Part shown: piece after piece, positions 26,900-39,361 of the stretch
How the letters are laid out: each line of letters starts with the position of its first letter
Numbering within the stretch: position 1 is the stretch's first letter
NCBI RefSeq assembly: GCF_009914755.1
Contig: NC_060946.1
Length of the DNA: 64,000 nucleotides
Source of the DNA: the human T2T-CHM13v2.0 reference genome, Homo sapiens
Direction: 5' to 3' (one strand)
The notes under the pieces: generated by a model
Database searches by the model: none
What the model saw: the letters and a program-made list of their open reading frames with translations, nothing else
What the model was told of the DNA's origin: nothing
Program-made: the position numbers and the translations under genes

Positions 26900-27065
26900 G
26901 GGAGTAGCCATGCTCTGAAATCCAAAGACATCTAGACTCAAGGTCTGACTCTATCAAAGACTTGCTCTGTGACCTTGGACAAGTCACTCAGCCTCTCTGG
27001 GCCCCAATTTCCTCATCCATAAAATAAGGCATTTGAACTAAATGATCTCTAGGCCTCTTTCCAGC
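26900..27065 (+). mobile_element. MIR (MIR3-like)
   Basis: tgtgaccttggacaagtcactcagcctctctgggccccaatttcctcatccataaaat...aactaaatgatctcta. Confidence 0.8.
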
Positions 27066-27351
27066 GTTACTTAATAATCATGCTAAACGACTGGAAACAA
27101 AATGTCTTTCAGCCCATCTGGCTCCTTGGTGGAAGAACCAACACAGGACTTTATGAGTCAGGGCTTGGGAGCAAGCTCTAAATGGAGATGATAGCTTTGG
27201 GGAGGTTTTTGTTTATTGTGATGATAACTCACAGTTACATGGTGTTTTACCATTCACAGCACCATTTTCTGTAGATTCTCATTTCATCTGCTCTACAGCC
27301 CCATGAATCTGATCATCCTCACTCTGTAGAAGAAGAAGCTCATTCTGAGAG

Positions 27352-28175
27352 TGTATCAGGAATTTGTTCAGCTGCAAGTAACAGCTGGCCTGACCCATGT
27401 GGTTTAAGAAAAGAGGAGTTTATTTTTATCTAGAATTAGTCAGGGATGGGCCAGGCAATGGCGGCAGGGCTGGTGTCTCTGATTCTCTTGCACTTTCCTT
27501 TTAATCATAAAATGATCCAGACATCACATCCATGGTCAAGGCAGGATGCAGGGAATGAATGAACTAGTGACAACAGCCTCCCTTCCCAGGAAGCAAGACT
27601 TCCCCAGAACCCCTCCCAGCATCCTCTTTGCTCATATTTTATCAGCTCACACTATCACAGCTTTGGCCCTAGTTGCAAGGCAATCCGCCATGGTTCTTTT
27701 ACCTGCCTGTGTTAGTTTGCTAGGGCTGCCATAGACAACAAAATATCACAGACATGGTTGCTTACACAACAGACATTTGTTGTCGCACAGCTCTAGAGCC
27801 TGGGAAGTCCAAGATCAAGATATCAGTAGAGTTGCTTCGATCTGAGAGCTGCGAAGGAAACCTCTGTTACAGGCCTTGCTCCTTGGCTTGTAGATGGTCA
27901 TCATCTCTCTGTTTCTTTTCACTTCATCTTCTCTTTCTGCATGTCTCTGTGTCCAACCTTCCCCTTTTCACAAGGACAAGAGTCATATTGGAATAGGCTT
28001 CATGCTAATAACCTGATCTTAACTTGATTACCTCTGCAAAGACTCTCTCCAAATAAACTCACATCCCTGAGGAACATCAGCATATGAATTTGAAGGGGAG
28101 GGGAGCACAATTCAACCCTCTGTAGTGGAGGCAGCTAGGCAGTAGGGTATTGGCCAATAAACAGTGTCTGTCTTT
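27352..28175 (-). mobile_element. MLT1K/L-like LTR inserted in a MIR and itself interrupted by MLT1B
   Basis: tgtatcagg...cagctgcaagtaacag...ccagacatcacatcc; flanked by GAGAG on both sides. Confidence 0.65.
27708..28118 (-). mobile_element. MLT1B-like LTR
   Basis: tgtgttagtttgctagggctgccata...gaagtccaagatcaag...tcttaacttgattacctctgcaaagac...cacaattcaaccc. Confidence 0.85.
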
Positions 28176-28304
28176 GAGAGTTAAGAAATTTGCTCAAAAC
28201 TAGTAAGTGGCAAAACTGGGACTTGAATTCAGCTCTTGACTAGAAGTTTAGGGCTCCTTCTCCTAAGACCTCCTACCTCTCATTTAGCCTCTCATTAACA
28301 GGAG

Positions 28305-28650
28305 ACAGTAGTTCATAATGGTGCAGAGAACACGCTCTGGATTCAGATTCCCTGGGTTAAAATCTACACTCACTGTATGACCTTAAGTAAGTTACCTAAC
28401 CCCTCTGGCTTCAATGAAAGGGAGACTCATTCACGATTTAACAAATAAGGATTGAGTTTCTTGTCTGGCACTCTTCTCAGTGCTGAGAGTGACCACAATA
28501 GAAATAAAAGCACCTATTGAATAGTGTTATATTAATTTGATGAGACAACTCATGTAAATAAAATATTTAGTTCTACAGTATTAGTAGAACTAATACTACT
28601 AATACTAGTGGTATAGCACATAGCAGGCATTCAAGAAATGTTATCATTAT
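28305..28650 (+). mobile_element. MIR interrupted by a short minus-strand L2 tail fragment
   Basis: cagattccctgggttaaaatc...tgtatgaccttaagtaagttacctaacc; cacatagcaggcattcaagaaatgtta. Confidence 0.65.
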
Positions 28651-29289
28651 CATCACAGTAATTTTCATTAGCACTCTTCCTCTCTCCTCTTTCTGGAATT
28701 TCTGAGATTGTACTTTACACTCTGGTCACTGCGTATATCAGGACAATGGATGTAGGTGAGCCGTGAACACTACCGCTGGCGGACACAAAACCACAGTGTA
28801 CAAGGTACCCTGGAAGCTGCCTAATACTCCACCGTGAGATGTGTGTTTGCTGGCCCAGAAGTCTGGAGAAGGAAGTCACTTTCCCCTTGATGCCCAGCAG
28901 AGCAGAAATGATGGAGGCGCCAAGACCAGTAGCCTCCAGCAATCAAAAGACGATGGGGCTATCACTGCAAGTTTGGCAGTCATGGGGAAAGTGAGCCAGA
29001 GAAAGAAGACAGAACTTGAGACCCTCTGGAAAGATAGTAATGGAAAATAAATGATTCATTTCATAACACTGGGTCCAGAATATGATGTTTCAACTGGGAC
29101 AGTTAAGGTCTGTATCAAAGGAGGAAAGGTAGGACTGAATGATAATGACCTTGGAAAGAAAGGAGGAAGGGAGCTAATATTTAGCATCATTCTACTACGT
29201 GTCAGACGCTATATACCACATCTCCTGAATCCCCATGACAACCGAGAGAGGCAAAATGGTATAATAGATAAGAGGGAAACTTATGAGAA

Positions 29290-29470
29290 CTGTCAGATAA
29301 AACCCAAATATGAGTTCCAGCTTGGCTATTTGCCATTAAATACTGTGCTCTCTCTGGAAAATTACTTAACCTTTCCGAGTTGGTTTTCTTATTTGTTAAG
29401 AATGGTAATGACCAACATACCTAATAAATTTTAAAAATGAAGGTACATGCTTAATAAAGAGTAGTTCCTG
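29290..29470 (+). mobile_element. MIR SINE
   Basis: tgccattaaatactgtg...aaattacttaacctttccgag...ttttcttatttgttaagaatgg. Confidence 0.6.
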
Positions 29471-30374
29471 CTTTTATTATTTTTTGTTCTTTTTCCTATT
29501 ATTACTGCTACCATCTCAACTAGTAAGTAGATTTTTGTGCCAAAATTCTGAATAATCCTGATATTCTGCTAGAAAGCTTCTTGGCTATTTGCATATGATG
29601 ATCCATCTTTTACTTCTGAACATATAGAAGAGGTGAGTAAATTCTAAGAGCACTTAAGCCATTTTGTTCCAAGAAGATAATTTATATAAGTTATAGCAAG
29701 CAATTTGGAGGAAAAAAAATCAGAATAAAGGAAGCACTCCCTCTGAGGGCACCCAAATGATAAAGCCAAGTGTAACTGTCAATCTGTACTGTCAATCATT
29801 TTGGGTATAAAGGAAGAGGTGGGGCTGCTAAAAATCAGAGAAGCTTTGGTCCTCCCCCCACTTTCTTAGCCCCGCCTATCCTAGTCCCCACTCTCACCAC
29901 CCACCTAAGGTGGGGAGAGGCCCCCAGATCTGCTGAGATGAAGAAGACTTCACCAGCAGAGGGCTGATAATATTAGATTTTTACTTAATAGGATCTTGGA
30001 TGAAAAACAAAGAGTTTTTTTAAATAAAACACTTTATAATAAATGTCTGTCTCTTGACATTCCAAACCTTTTACTGAGTATCCTCTGAAAATAATAAATT
30101 TTGTGACTGGCAGGGAGAATTTTTGGCCAAAAACACTCCTGACACATAATCCTCCCCATTCTCCACATAAGGAGACGGGGCACAGAGAATGTAGACAATG
30201 TGCCAGTTTGTGGTAGACCTGGCTTTTGAGGTCACATGTGTCCATCCCCAAAGCCCATGTTTTATTACACCTCACTCATTTCCTTTCTTTAGACAGAAAA
30301 CCTGTGGATTCAGCAGTCTCGGGGCCTAGGACTTGTGTCTCAGCCTTGAAAGACAGGTCTTACCTAGCACATGG

Positions 30375-30625
30375 GAATAATGATAATGGCTAACCTGCAC
30401 ATGAAAACCTCCCAAATGCCAAACGCTGTGCTAATTTTTAATGAGAATTATTTAATGTTGACAACTCTTTGACGTGGGAACTGTTATCATCTCTAGTCTA
30501 TAGAGGAATCTGAAATTAAAGTGCCAAGTCATACAGTTGTGACTACTAAGCAGAGACAGGACTTGAACCCCAGCAGAGTATCATGGATGGGGACCCAGGC
30601 TCCTAAACAGCACACACTGCTGCCT
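30375..30625 (-). mobile_element. MIR SINE
   Basis: ataatggctaacc...atgccaaacgctgtgcta...gcagagacaggacttgaaccc. Confidence 0.65.
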
Positions 30626-31169
30626 ATGGTAATAATGTACCTACATGGTGCTGGGAAAGGCTGTTTATGGAGAAGATGGACAGGACCTGTCTCCCTGAGA
30701 CTTGTCAACAGTGACTCACTCTAACAAACATCAGTAAAAATCATGTAGTTATCAACTGATGAGCACGGCTTCTCTACCAGAGAGTGTATCCCCAAAGCAG
30801 GAGAGACCATGAAAGGGAATGAGTTGGGGAAGGAGGAACCACATGGGGTGTGCTAGCTACCGAACTAGCCACCATCAGGAACAACCAGTTCCTCGATCTT
30901 GCAGGCCCATCCTCTACAAATGCATCTTGGGATGCTTTACCAGGAGGTGGGAGAGGAGTAGGGAAGAAGAATTTACCCCTTGACTCCTACAACCCATGGG
31001 TTAAGAGTTCATCCTGGGGTGAAGTGGGTAGAGAAAAACAACACCTTCAAGTCTCAAGGTGCCTGACACTTCAGCTTCAACAGGGAAACTCTAGGGCTTG
31101 AAGCAAGAGGCTTGCAGCCCTGAACATAGGAGAGGCACGGTCAGGTTGAACCAGCATGCAGCTGGTCAA

Positions 31170-31345
31170 AATCCATATAGTGTAAATAGCCACAGCCCAG
31201 TGCAAAGTGAAAATGCAGGGCCCCTTGTTCAAAATGATTACAAATTTCAAAACGGCTATGGCAGAGCATTCAAGCAAGCGTGTAGCGCTTCAAAGCCAGG
31301 GCCCTGTCCAACTGCACTGACCACATAGCCATGAAGCAGGCTCTG
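31170..31345 (-). mobile_element. MER45A hAT-Tip100 DNA transposon
   Basis: gcccagtgcaaagtgaaaatgcagggccccttgttcaaaa...gcagagcatt...ccatgaagcaggctctg. Confidence 0.85.
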
Positions 31346-33189
31346 CCATGTACAGTTGATCACCACAGGGGCAACTGGGGCCAGAACAAAAAGCCCTGAA
31401 GACAGGTAGACAGGTGAGGCTGAGAGCACCTGAAGTGGCTTCTGAGATGGGCTCAAGGCAAGGCTTGATGAAAGGGTGAGAGGAGAGAAGCTTAGGGCAT
31501 AGGGTGGGGCTAGAATGTGCTGGGACTTGGAGAAATTGGTTTCCGTCATGTACACAGATCACTTACAGAAGTCAGCACCTGTGAGAACAACCTCTAGGTT
31601 GCATGTGTTATATAAAAGGTTAGCAGTCCAGGTAGTAAGAGTAGAGATTACCAAATGAGAACTAGATTAGCCAGAAAAGGCCTCAGGGAGGCTATTAGAT
31701 GCTACTTGGGGACAGAAAAAGTGGGAGAAAGCAAGCAGGGGTCATTCCCATTAGTTCTTCCCAAGTACCCGGTAAAATCTGGTGCCCCCTGGCTGGTAGC
31801 AGACACCTGTGTCCATAGAAGTTAACAAGTAAAAGCTTTGCCTGTGTGCAGCAGACAAGGGGGACGGCTCTCATTTGCAGCTGGGACTAGAATATCTCTA
31901 AAGTAAGAGTATCGTTTCCTACTGGAGTACTCCTTCTCCATTATCCAGCTGAGCAAGGCGCTCTTGCCCTCCCACCTCTCCTCAGCCTCCACCCACTTGG
32001 TCGCAGGCAGCAGCAAACTTATTATGTGATTGTACAAGGACTCAGCTATGGACCACTTGTTCTTCAATTTTTCATAGCCAGGCAGCTTTTTATCTTTGAA
32101 AGGTTGGTTCTCATTATTCATTCTCCAGTTTCCAACCTTGCATCAGCCCTTAAGATGTGATATTCGACACTATCGTCCTAATAAGATTCTGAAGTTCCCT
32201 CCAGCATGTGTTAGGGTCTTCTGGGCCCACCCCAAGCTGTGATATCTTTAATTCATACCCATCATTCTTGGACGAGGTCCTAGTACCCCTTCTCCACATC
32301 ACAGCTCCTCTGAAGCTCACCCTAGTCTCATGAATGGGAACTAGCTCTCCGTAGTTCAATAAAAGTAGGGCCTTCATATTCGGGGTCAGGCTTTAGCTGT
32401 TTCCAAAAGAAGACAGTCACATAGTTCTAATGCTTTCCCTCTCTATGATTCTATAATTTAGATTTAGGTTATATGCAAATTTGGGATCCTGAGGCCCAGT
32501 CAAGACCACCAGGTTGCTGTGACAAACTGGATCCTGGAATCATGAGGCAGGTGAGAGTCTTGTGGTTCCCAAGCCACAGCCCTTCTAGTAGTCGATGTGC
32601 TCTACCTGAGTACATACTCGAGTTTGTCTGGGTGACCTGCATCATATCCCAATGCCTCTCAAAATCTGGGGCTCACCTCAGACCCTTTATAGGGGCCTCA
32701 TGTCATTTCCAGTGTTTGTGGGTCTCCTCCTCTCTGGTACCAGACCTGTCTGTCCTGCTGTAGTAGAATACTCACCACTAATTTCCACCAAAGCCCCCGT
32801 GGTTCTCACAAGGTCAGCCTCTGCCTGTTATCCCCATTGCTCATTGCCGCCCATCTGTTTGGCTACTTCAACAAGCCCTACTGCCAAAATTGGGTCTGAG
32901 ATGGATGCAGACCCTATGCCTGGACTTCCCAGCTGTCCTTTCTGGAGCCAGCCTCTGGGCTGGGCCAACTTCCCCAGCTACTATCGTACCTGGCCCCAGC
33001 TTGCTCCCCCTGCTTGTAGAGCCTGTGCTGCCAAGACCCCAGCATGCCAATTTCCAAACCCATCTAAGCACCTTTCTTCCTGGAATACTTTATTAATCAT
33101 GTCCAACACCAAGCACAGAAATCCAGGAGAGAGAGAGAATTAATGGGAGCAGGAACTCCACTGGCATCGCCAGCTGTGGATTTTATTTG

Positions 33190-33420
33190 GCTTCATTCAT
33201 TTATTCATATTAAAAAAAATTTATTGGCCAAGCTCCCCATGTCAGACATTAGAAAACAGCAGTAAACAAGAGGGAGAGGTTCTGTCTTCAGCACACTTGG
33301 AATCTAGTAGGTAGAAAAGACTTTAAATGGAGTCACACAAGGAAATACCCAGCAATTACATTTGTGGTGGATGCTAGCAAAAACTGCATGACCCTGGATT
33401 GTAAAACACAGAGGGATCCA
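33190..33420 (-). mobile_element. L2 3' fragment
   Basis: ttcattcatttattcatatt...tttattg...atgtcagacatt...cagcagtaaacaag. Confidence 0.6.
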
Positions 33421-34249
33421 TTGCTGACTAGCCCTTCGTTATCCTCAACTGACATCACAAGGAGATGTAAACTGAAATTCTCCCTAATTCACAAATTCTT
33501 TGGCATTATTTCCAATTGTCCTTAACTTTGGTACAGGCATAATTTTATGATTCAAATAAAAATAAAAAGCAAACTACAACCTTCTGATTACTGCCATCAG
33601 CTCTAATAATAGCTTTGAGCTCCTTGAAAAGAGGGAGGGGGAACAGAAGAAAACTCTCTGGATAGATAAATGCCAAGCACTGTTTGATGATTGTAGTTCA
33701 CATTACAGAGGCGAGGAGAGGAGCCAGGAAGCAGAAGTCAGGCGCCTTTGGGATTTCACAGGCTGGAGACCCCATGCATTTTTCTAATTCCAATAGGATA
33801 AGCCTCAGAGGCCCTTAATGCAAGATGGGTTTTGAGTGTTTCCAAGCTTCCTGAGAAAGATAAAGCCTGCCTTCTTCATCAGAATTATTCAACTGTGGTG
33901 TAACTGCTTAGCAAGGGAATGGGGAGGGCTTATAGGACTCCTGTAGCTCCTCCTACCCACCCTGAAGATTTGCTTGTGGCTAATACTACCCTGAGCACAC
34001 CACATTTTCTTTCTTGGCCTCTCCACATCTTATCTTCCCAAGACTGGCTTCCCATGCCTCAAACCGCACATTGCAGACAACTCCCTTTCCTCAACCCTCC
34101 TGAGAAGCACCTCTTCCCTATTCCCTTACTCACGAATTCCAATTTTCTCAATGAGACCTGCTCCTGGTAGAGGCCAGGAAAGCAATCAATCCCAGGAAAC
34201 TAATTTGAGCCATTGACATACTCCAAGGCTGTTTTCTTTTTAAAAAGGA

Positions 34250-34640
34250 GTGTTGCCTGAGTTCTGGTCTCAGCTTTGCCACTTATTATGTGTGAGCTTA
34301 AGCAAGCCTCCTGGCCTTAGTAGCTGCAGGTTACTCATCAGTAAAACAGAGATAATACCAACCATACCATGAGGTAATATAGTCCAGGGGCTAAAAGTCT
34401 AGCTTCCCAAGTTTGAATCCCAGCTCTGCCACTCCCTAGCTGTGAGATCTCAGGCAGATTACTAAAACTCTTCCTACCTTAATTTCCTCATCAGTAAAAT
34501 AAGGATAGCAATAATATCTACTTCAGAGGGTTTTATGAGGATTTAATGATATGTAAATATATAAAGCTCTTGGGCCAGTGCTTATGCTTTAAGCACTATA
34601 CAAGGGTCTGCTATTCATAACAATGGTATTATTATTACAT
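34250..34640 (+). mobile_element. Two tandem or nested MIR copies
   Basis: gtttgaatcccagctctgccactccctagctgtgagatctcaggcag...aatttcctcatcagtaaaataaggata. Confidence 0.8.
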
Positions 34641-34873
34641 GCACTGAAGCATGAATGTGCTAACCAAATGTGGGAAGAGATGGGACAATGCTCTTTGTAC
34701 TCCAAGGGCAGTACTTACTTCAAGAGAGATCTCAGAACCTGAGCTCAGTGTATGGATGTCCTAGGAGGAAAGGAGCAAGATAACTGAAAGGAAAAAAATT
34801 GTAGTCAGAGACGGATCAGCAGAGGTCAGAGATGAAACAGACTCAACGCTTCTTGAGGACAGGACTGTGTCTA

Positions 34874-35220
34874 TGCTATGGTCTAATGTTTGTGCCCCCT
34901 CCCCGAATTCATATGTTGAAATCTTAACCCCCAAGGTGATGATATTAGGGGTTTGGGGGAGGTGATTAGGTCATGAGAGTAGAGCCCTCATGAACAGGAT
35001 TAGTGTCCTCCTAAGAGACCTTGCCCCTTCCACCCTGTGAGGACACAGCTAGAAGGCACCATCTATGAACAAGAAAGCAGGCCTTCACCAGACACTGAAT
35101 CTGTTGGCGCCATAATCTTGGACTTCCCAGTCTCTGAAACTGTGAGAAAAAAAAAATTTGTTGTTTATAAGGCAACAAGTCTAGGGCATTCTGTTGTAAC
35201 AGCTTGAATAGACTAAGACA
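34874..35220 (+). mobile_element. MLT1A0 solo LTR inserted in an L2 tail
   Basis: tgctatggtctaatgtttgtgcccc...gactaagaca; perfect TSD GTCTA. Confidence 0.93.
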
Positions 35221-35286
35221 GTCTATTTTTACCACTATTCAATCCACAAAGCCCAGTGTAGGGCCTGGCATATAGTTGATAGATAT

Positions 35287-35552
35287 GGAAGAAAAGAAGG
35301 AAAAGAGGAAGAAAAAGTAACAAAGAGGAAAGGAGGGAGGAAAGGGAGGGAGACGGAGGGAGGGAGAGAGGGAGGGAGACGGAGGGAGGGATAGAGGGAG
35401 GGAGACAGAGGGAGGGAGACGGATGCAGGGAGGGAGGGAGGGGAAGGAAGGGAAGGAGGGAGGCAGAGAGGGGAAGGAAGGGAGGGAAGGAGGGGAAGGG
35501 AGGGAGATGGAAGGAGGGAGGGAGGGAGAGAGGGAAGAAAGGAAGGAGGGAG
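35287..35552 (+). repeat. Purine-rich (GGGA/GGAA)n low-complexity tract
   Basis: About 265 bp almost entirely A/G. Confidence 0.95.
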
Positions 35553-35644
35553 TCATCATTCATAGTTTGGTAATGGGAGTGGGTAGTCGAAGAAGGCATA
35601 TCACTGGATTTGAGAAAGCTAGTGAAACAGGAGAAGAAAGTATT

Positions 35645-36095
35645 TGTGAAAGGAAAATAAATCTTGGGGCCCCAAAATCACTAAGATAAAGGGAAAAGTT
35701 AAGCTGGAAACTGCTGGGGCAAACCTTCCTCCCATTCTATTCAAAGTCACCCTTCTGCTCACTGAGATTAATGCATAACTGATTGCCTCCTTTGGAAAAG
35801 CTAATCAGAAACTCAAGAAAATGCAAACATTTGTCTCTTATCCACCTATGACCTGGAAGCCCCCTCCCCACTTCCAGTTGTCCTGCCTTTTCTGGACCAA
35901 ACCAATGTTCATCTTACATATGTCGATTGATGTCTCCTGTCTCCCTAAAATGTATAAAACTAAAGTGTGCTCTGACCACATTGGGTACATGTCGTCAGGA
36001 CCTCCTGAGGCTATGCCATGGGGGCACGTCCTCAACCTTGGCAAAATAAACTTTCTAAATTAACTGAGACCTGTCTCAGATTTTGGGGTTTCACA
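35645..36095 (+). mobile_element. MER4A1 ERV1 solo LTR
   Basis: tgtgaaaggaaaataaatcttggggccccaaaatcactaag...aataaactttctaaattaactgagacctgtctcagattttggggtttcaca; 4-bp flanks tatt/tact. Confidence 0.92.
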
Positions 36096-36691
36096 TACTG
36101 GACATGCCAGCCTCATAGGCATCAAAGTCCTTCAAGATAATGGTAGGACTGAATCTGGCAAGGAAGCTCATGAGTCAGGAGCTTCAAGAATGTGGAGGAG
36201 GAACCAGGAGGTTGAGAAAACTCAGCCAGGAGAAGAGACAGAGGGTGGTGGAGCTGCCGAGAGGCATGAGACTCAGAAACGCTTCTACACAAGGATGCAG
36301 GAGTAAGGATGGAGCACGTGCAGCCAGGAGAATGTTGTCTGGCACGTGGTGAAACATGCAGCTCCCCACAGCGAGGGCAGGTAAAGTGGTATATTTAGAG
36401 GAAGGCAGCCCTCAGCAAAGAGGAGAAAAGCAGAGAGAGCAGTCAAGGAAGCAGGATGTGCTTCCAGTGTAACAGTCAGTACAGGAGAGTCACAAGTTAT
36501 TTGTGAGCACATAAGCTCACTTCAGTTTTATACTGACTATAATTTATTTTAACAAGGCTCTATTCCCAGCTGACAGTAAGAAAATTATATTTAGCCCAAT
36601 GCAGTCCACACAGTCCTGTCTAGTAATTTCTCCAGTCACTGCTGTTTTAAGACTTAGTCATATCTCAGATAAGCATTCAATCTAATGCAAC

Positions 36692-36724
<33 letters not shown>
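36692..36724 (+). repeat. (TAT)11 microsatellite
   Basis: Perfect trinucleotide run. Confidence 0.95.
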
Positions 36725-36729
36725 CAGTT

Positions 36730-36852
36730 ATTAGAACATAAGCTGTAAGAGGGCAAGGATGTACTGATTTGATTCACCACTGTATTCACAGCACCTAGAA
36801 GGGTTCCTGGCTCATAGTAGGTGCTCAATAAATATTTGTTAAATGGATGACT
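36730..36852 (+). mobile_element. L2 3' end
   Basis: ttcaccactgtattcacagcacctagaagggttcctggctcatagtaggtgctcaataaatatttgtt. Confidence 0.85.
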
Positions 36853-37174
36853 GTCTGGTTCAAAGCTCCTCGTTGAATACACATTCTGTTCCCAAGCAAT
36901 AGGGGTCTTCATGCTGCCCACTGCACCACAGCAGGGAGTGTGTATGACTCGACCTGGGCACATCAGCTGCTGCATCTGTGGCAGCATATTCCATGGCTCC
37001 TGGGCCCCCAGGAGTGACTTCTGTGTAGCTTGTTGCCCTGGATAATCAAGCCACTGGCATGCCTTTCCTTTCCTGGAGATGCTAGGCCTTGACTCCACCA
37101 GGAAGTATGGTGGGGTGGTGAGCCAGCCCTGTCGCTACTAAATTCTATGGCTCATCCAGGCCCTTACAGGTTAC

Positions 37175-37648
37175 TGTATCAGTTATCTCTCGCAACAACA
37201 GTGTTGCATAACAAACTACCCCCAAACTCTGTGGCTTACAATAACAAGCATTTACTGTTCAATTCTGCAGGTCAACTAGGTGGCCTTGCCTCAGGTTGCA
37301 GGTCTGCTGGGTGGCGGGTATGGTTGTGGCTCATGTGTCTTTCACTTTCCTGGAAAGGCAGGCTCTCCAGCAAACCCAGCCCTTCTCTAGGCAATGGCAG
37401 AAGGACTGAGTGAAAACACACACGTGCACATGCACACGTGCATGCACACGATGCTTCTCCAGGCTCAGGACTCGGCCCGTTACTCTCACCCACATCCCAT
37501 TGGCTAAGGCAAATCACATGGCCATGCCCACATCAATGGGATATGGGAAGAGACCCCACCTCTAGCAGGAATAACTCCAAAGTCCCCCGGCAAAGGGCAT
37601 GGATATAGAAGAGACGAAATATTGGACACAATTGTGCAGCCTACCACA
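37175..37648 (-). mobile_element. MLT1H-like LTR
   Basis: tgtatcagttatct...gcataacaaactacccccaaactctgtggctta...cccattggctaaggcaaatcacatggcc...cctaccaca. Confidence 0.82.
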
Positions 37649-39361
37649 GCAACCCTGCCAGTCCACCTGGTGGGAACTCAGACGTCCCTGGGCACTGACC
37701 TCTCTCTCCACCGCCCTCTCCACAGCTGTTGCGTCCCGCTCCTTCAGGATGTCTGTTGTGAGCCACCAGCTTGCATTTAGGATGCTGGAAGGAAGCAGAC
37801 ACTCCGGCCAACTTTGGAATGTCCACTCTTCATGGGAAGCATAAGGCCCCCAACCCCTTTCCTATCAAAGCCAGAGGGGGTAGCATGGCCTCCCTCAAAC
37901 AGCATCACCTCTCTGCCTGCAAGATTGCTTCACTTGTGCTCTGAGGAAATGAGACAGAACCTTCCATTCTGGGTTTCCTGGTGGCTTTTATCTGACACTC
38001 CACAGGGTCTCCTTTGAGGTTAGTCTCGGGGAAATTGGCACCTTCATTGTTGGTGACCTGGCTAAAAATGGACAAAAAAAATACAGCTCATAGTTCAAAT
38101 TATTGTCACACTTCTTTACCCTAGGAACCTGGGTTTCAGAGAAGAAAGAGAAAGGATTGAGGATGGCAAAGAAAGCACAGAGATGAAAACACCAGTGGGG
38201 GAAATAACACTCTCTCACAGAGTTTCAAGGGGGCTTAAATAAGAAAATGTGGGCGTTCAGTAAATATTTGTTTGATTTTCTTAAACTTTAATTCATTCTA
38301 CCTCCACTAAAAAGAGCTCTGGCCAAAAACACCACTGGGCAACTTTAGAGAAAAATAGCTGCAGCAGGGAGTGTGGTCTGAGAATGATAACTTGCCAGTA
38401 GATAGGTGGAATTTAGCCAACGCAAAAAAATAGTGTTATTTATCTTAGACTTCTAAAAGTACCAACCTGGCCCAGGCACAATTTTTCAAATGACACACAC
38501 ACACACACACATGCACACGCACCCCACATAAACAAACCCTATTATTATCCAAAGCAAATAAATGTACTAAGCAGATTTCTCACTGAAAGGAAATGGCATG
38601 AAATGAAGAAAAAGCAATAATTCCTAGACATTTTGGTTAATAAAAGCACAAAGCTGGCTAACTTTTGGTCTTTAATGTCTATATCAAAATTATGATAAAT
38701 TGTACACATTAGGTGGGCCGTAGGCATAAACAGTGCTCTACCCACCATATAAAAACATAAAACCCTAGCCCACAAGCAGCATTTCCTACTACTAGAACCC
38801 AAGCCCACCCAGTCAGTCACAGAGTCCTGGGAAGAGACCATTTGAAGAAACTGGAATGTCACATGCCTCATGCTCAAGGTGAGCAGAAGCATTGGGATGT
38901 CTAGACCATTTTAGGAAATGGAAACAGCTATGCAAAGGCTGAGGTCCAGGTGACACAGAGCAGTCAGGAAACCAAAAGGCCAGTGTGCCTGGAATACTGT
39001 CAGTGAGATGGTTAGTGCCAAGAGGTGCAACTGGGGAAACATCAATGGCTGGACCACGCTGTGCCTTGGAGAACACATCACTTACTACCTGACTGATAAC
39101 CACCATCTTTCAGCTCACTGTGGCTCATCTGCTCAGCAGACATGATTGGCATACACAGAGCCCAATCAAAAATGACATCTTTCCCAATTCATGTTACTAG
39201 ACTCCTCCCTTCCTTTTCTTTTCTTTACTTATATCCTAAGCAGTCTCTAAAGCAATGCTCTGAAAAAAATATTTACCACAATCCGTTGGCCATGAAATAG
39301 ATTCTTAACAAAAGCACAGATCTCTTTTCTCCATCCTGTTGGACAGCTGAAGGATTAAGGT

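Noticed and set aside
35213-35689. Pro/Ser/Leu-rich and Gly/Glu/Arg-rich ORFs
   Set aside because: Translations of the polypurine low-complexity tract
37416-37450. Alternating purine-pyrimidine stretch with two CACGTG E-boxes
   Set aside because: Microsatellite-like expansion inside an MLT1 LTR; the motifs are a by-product
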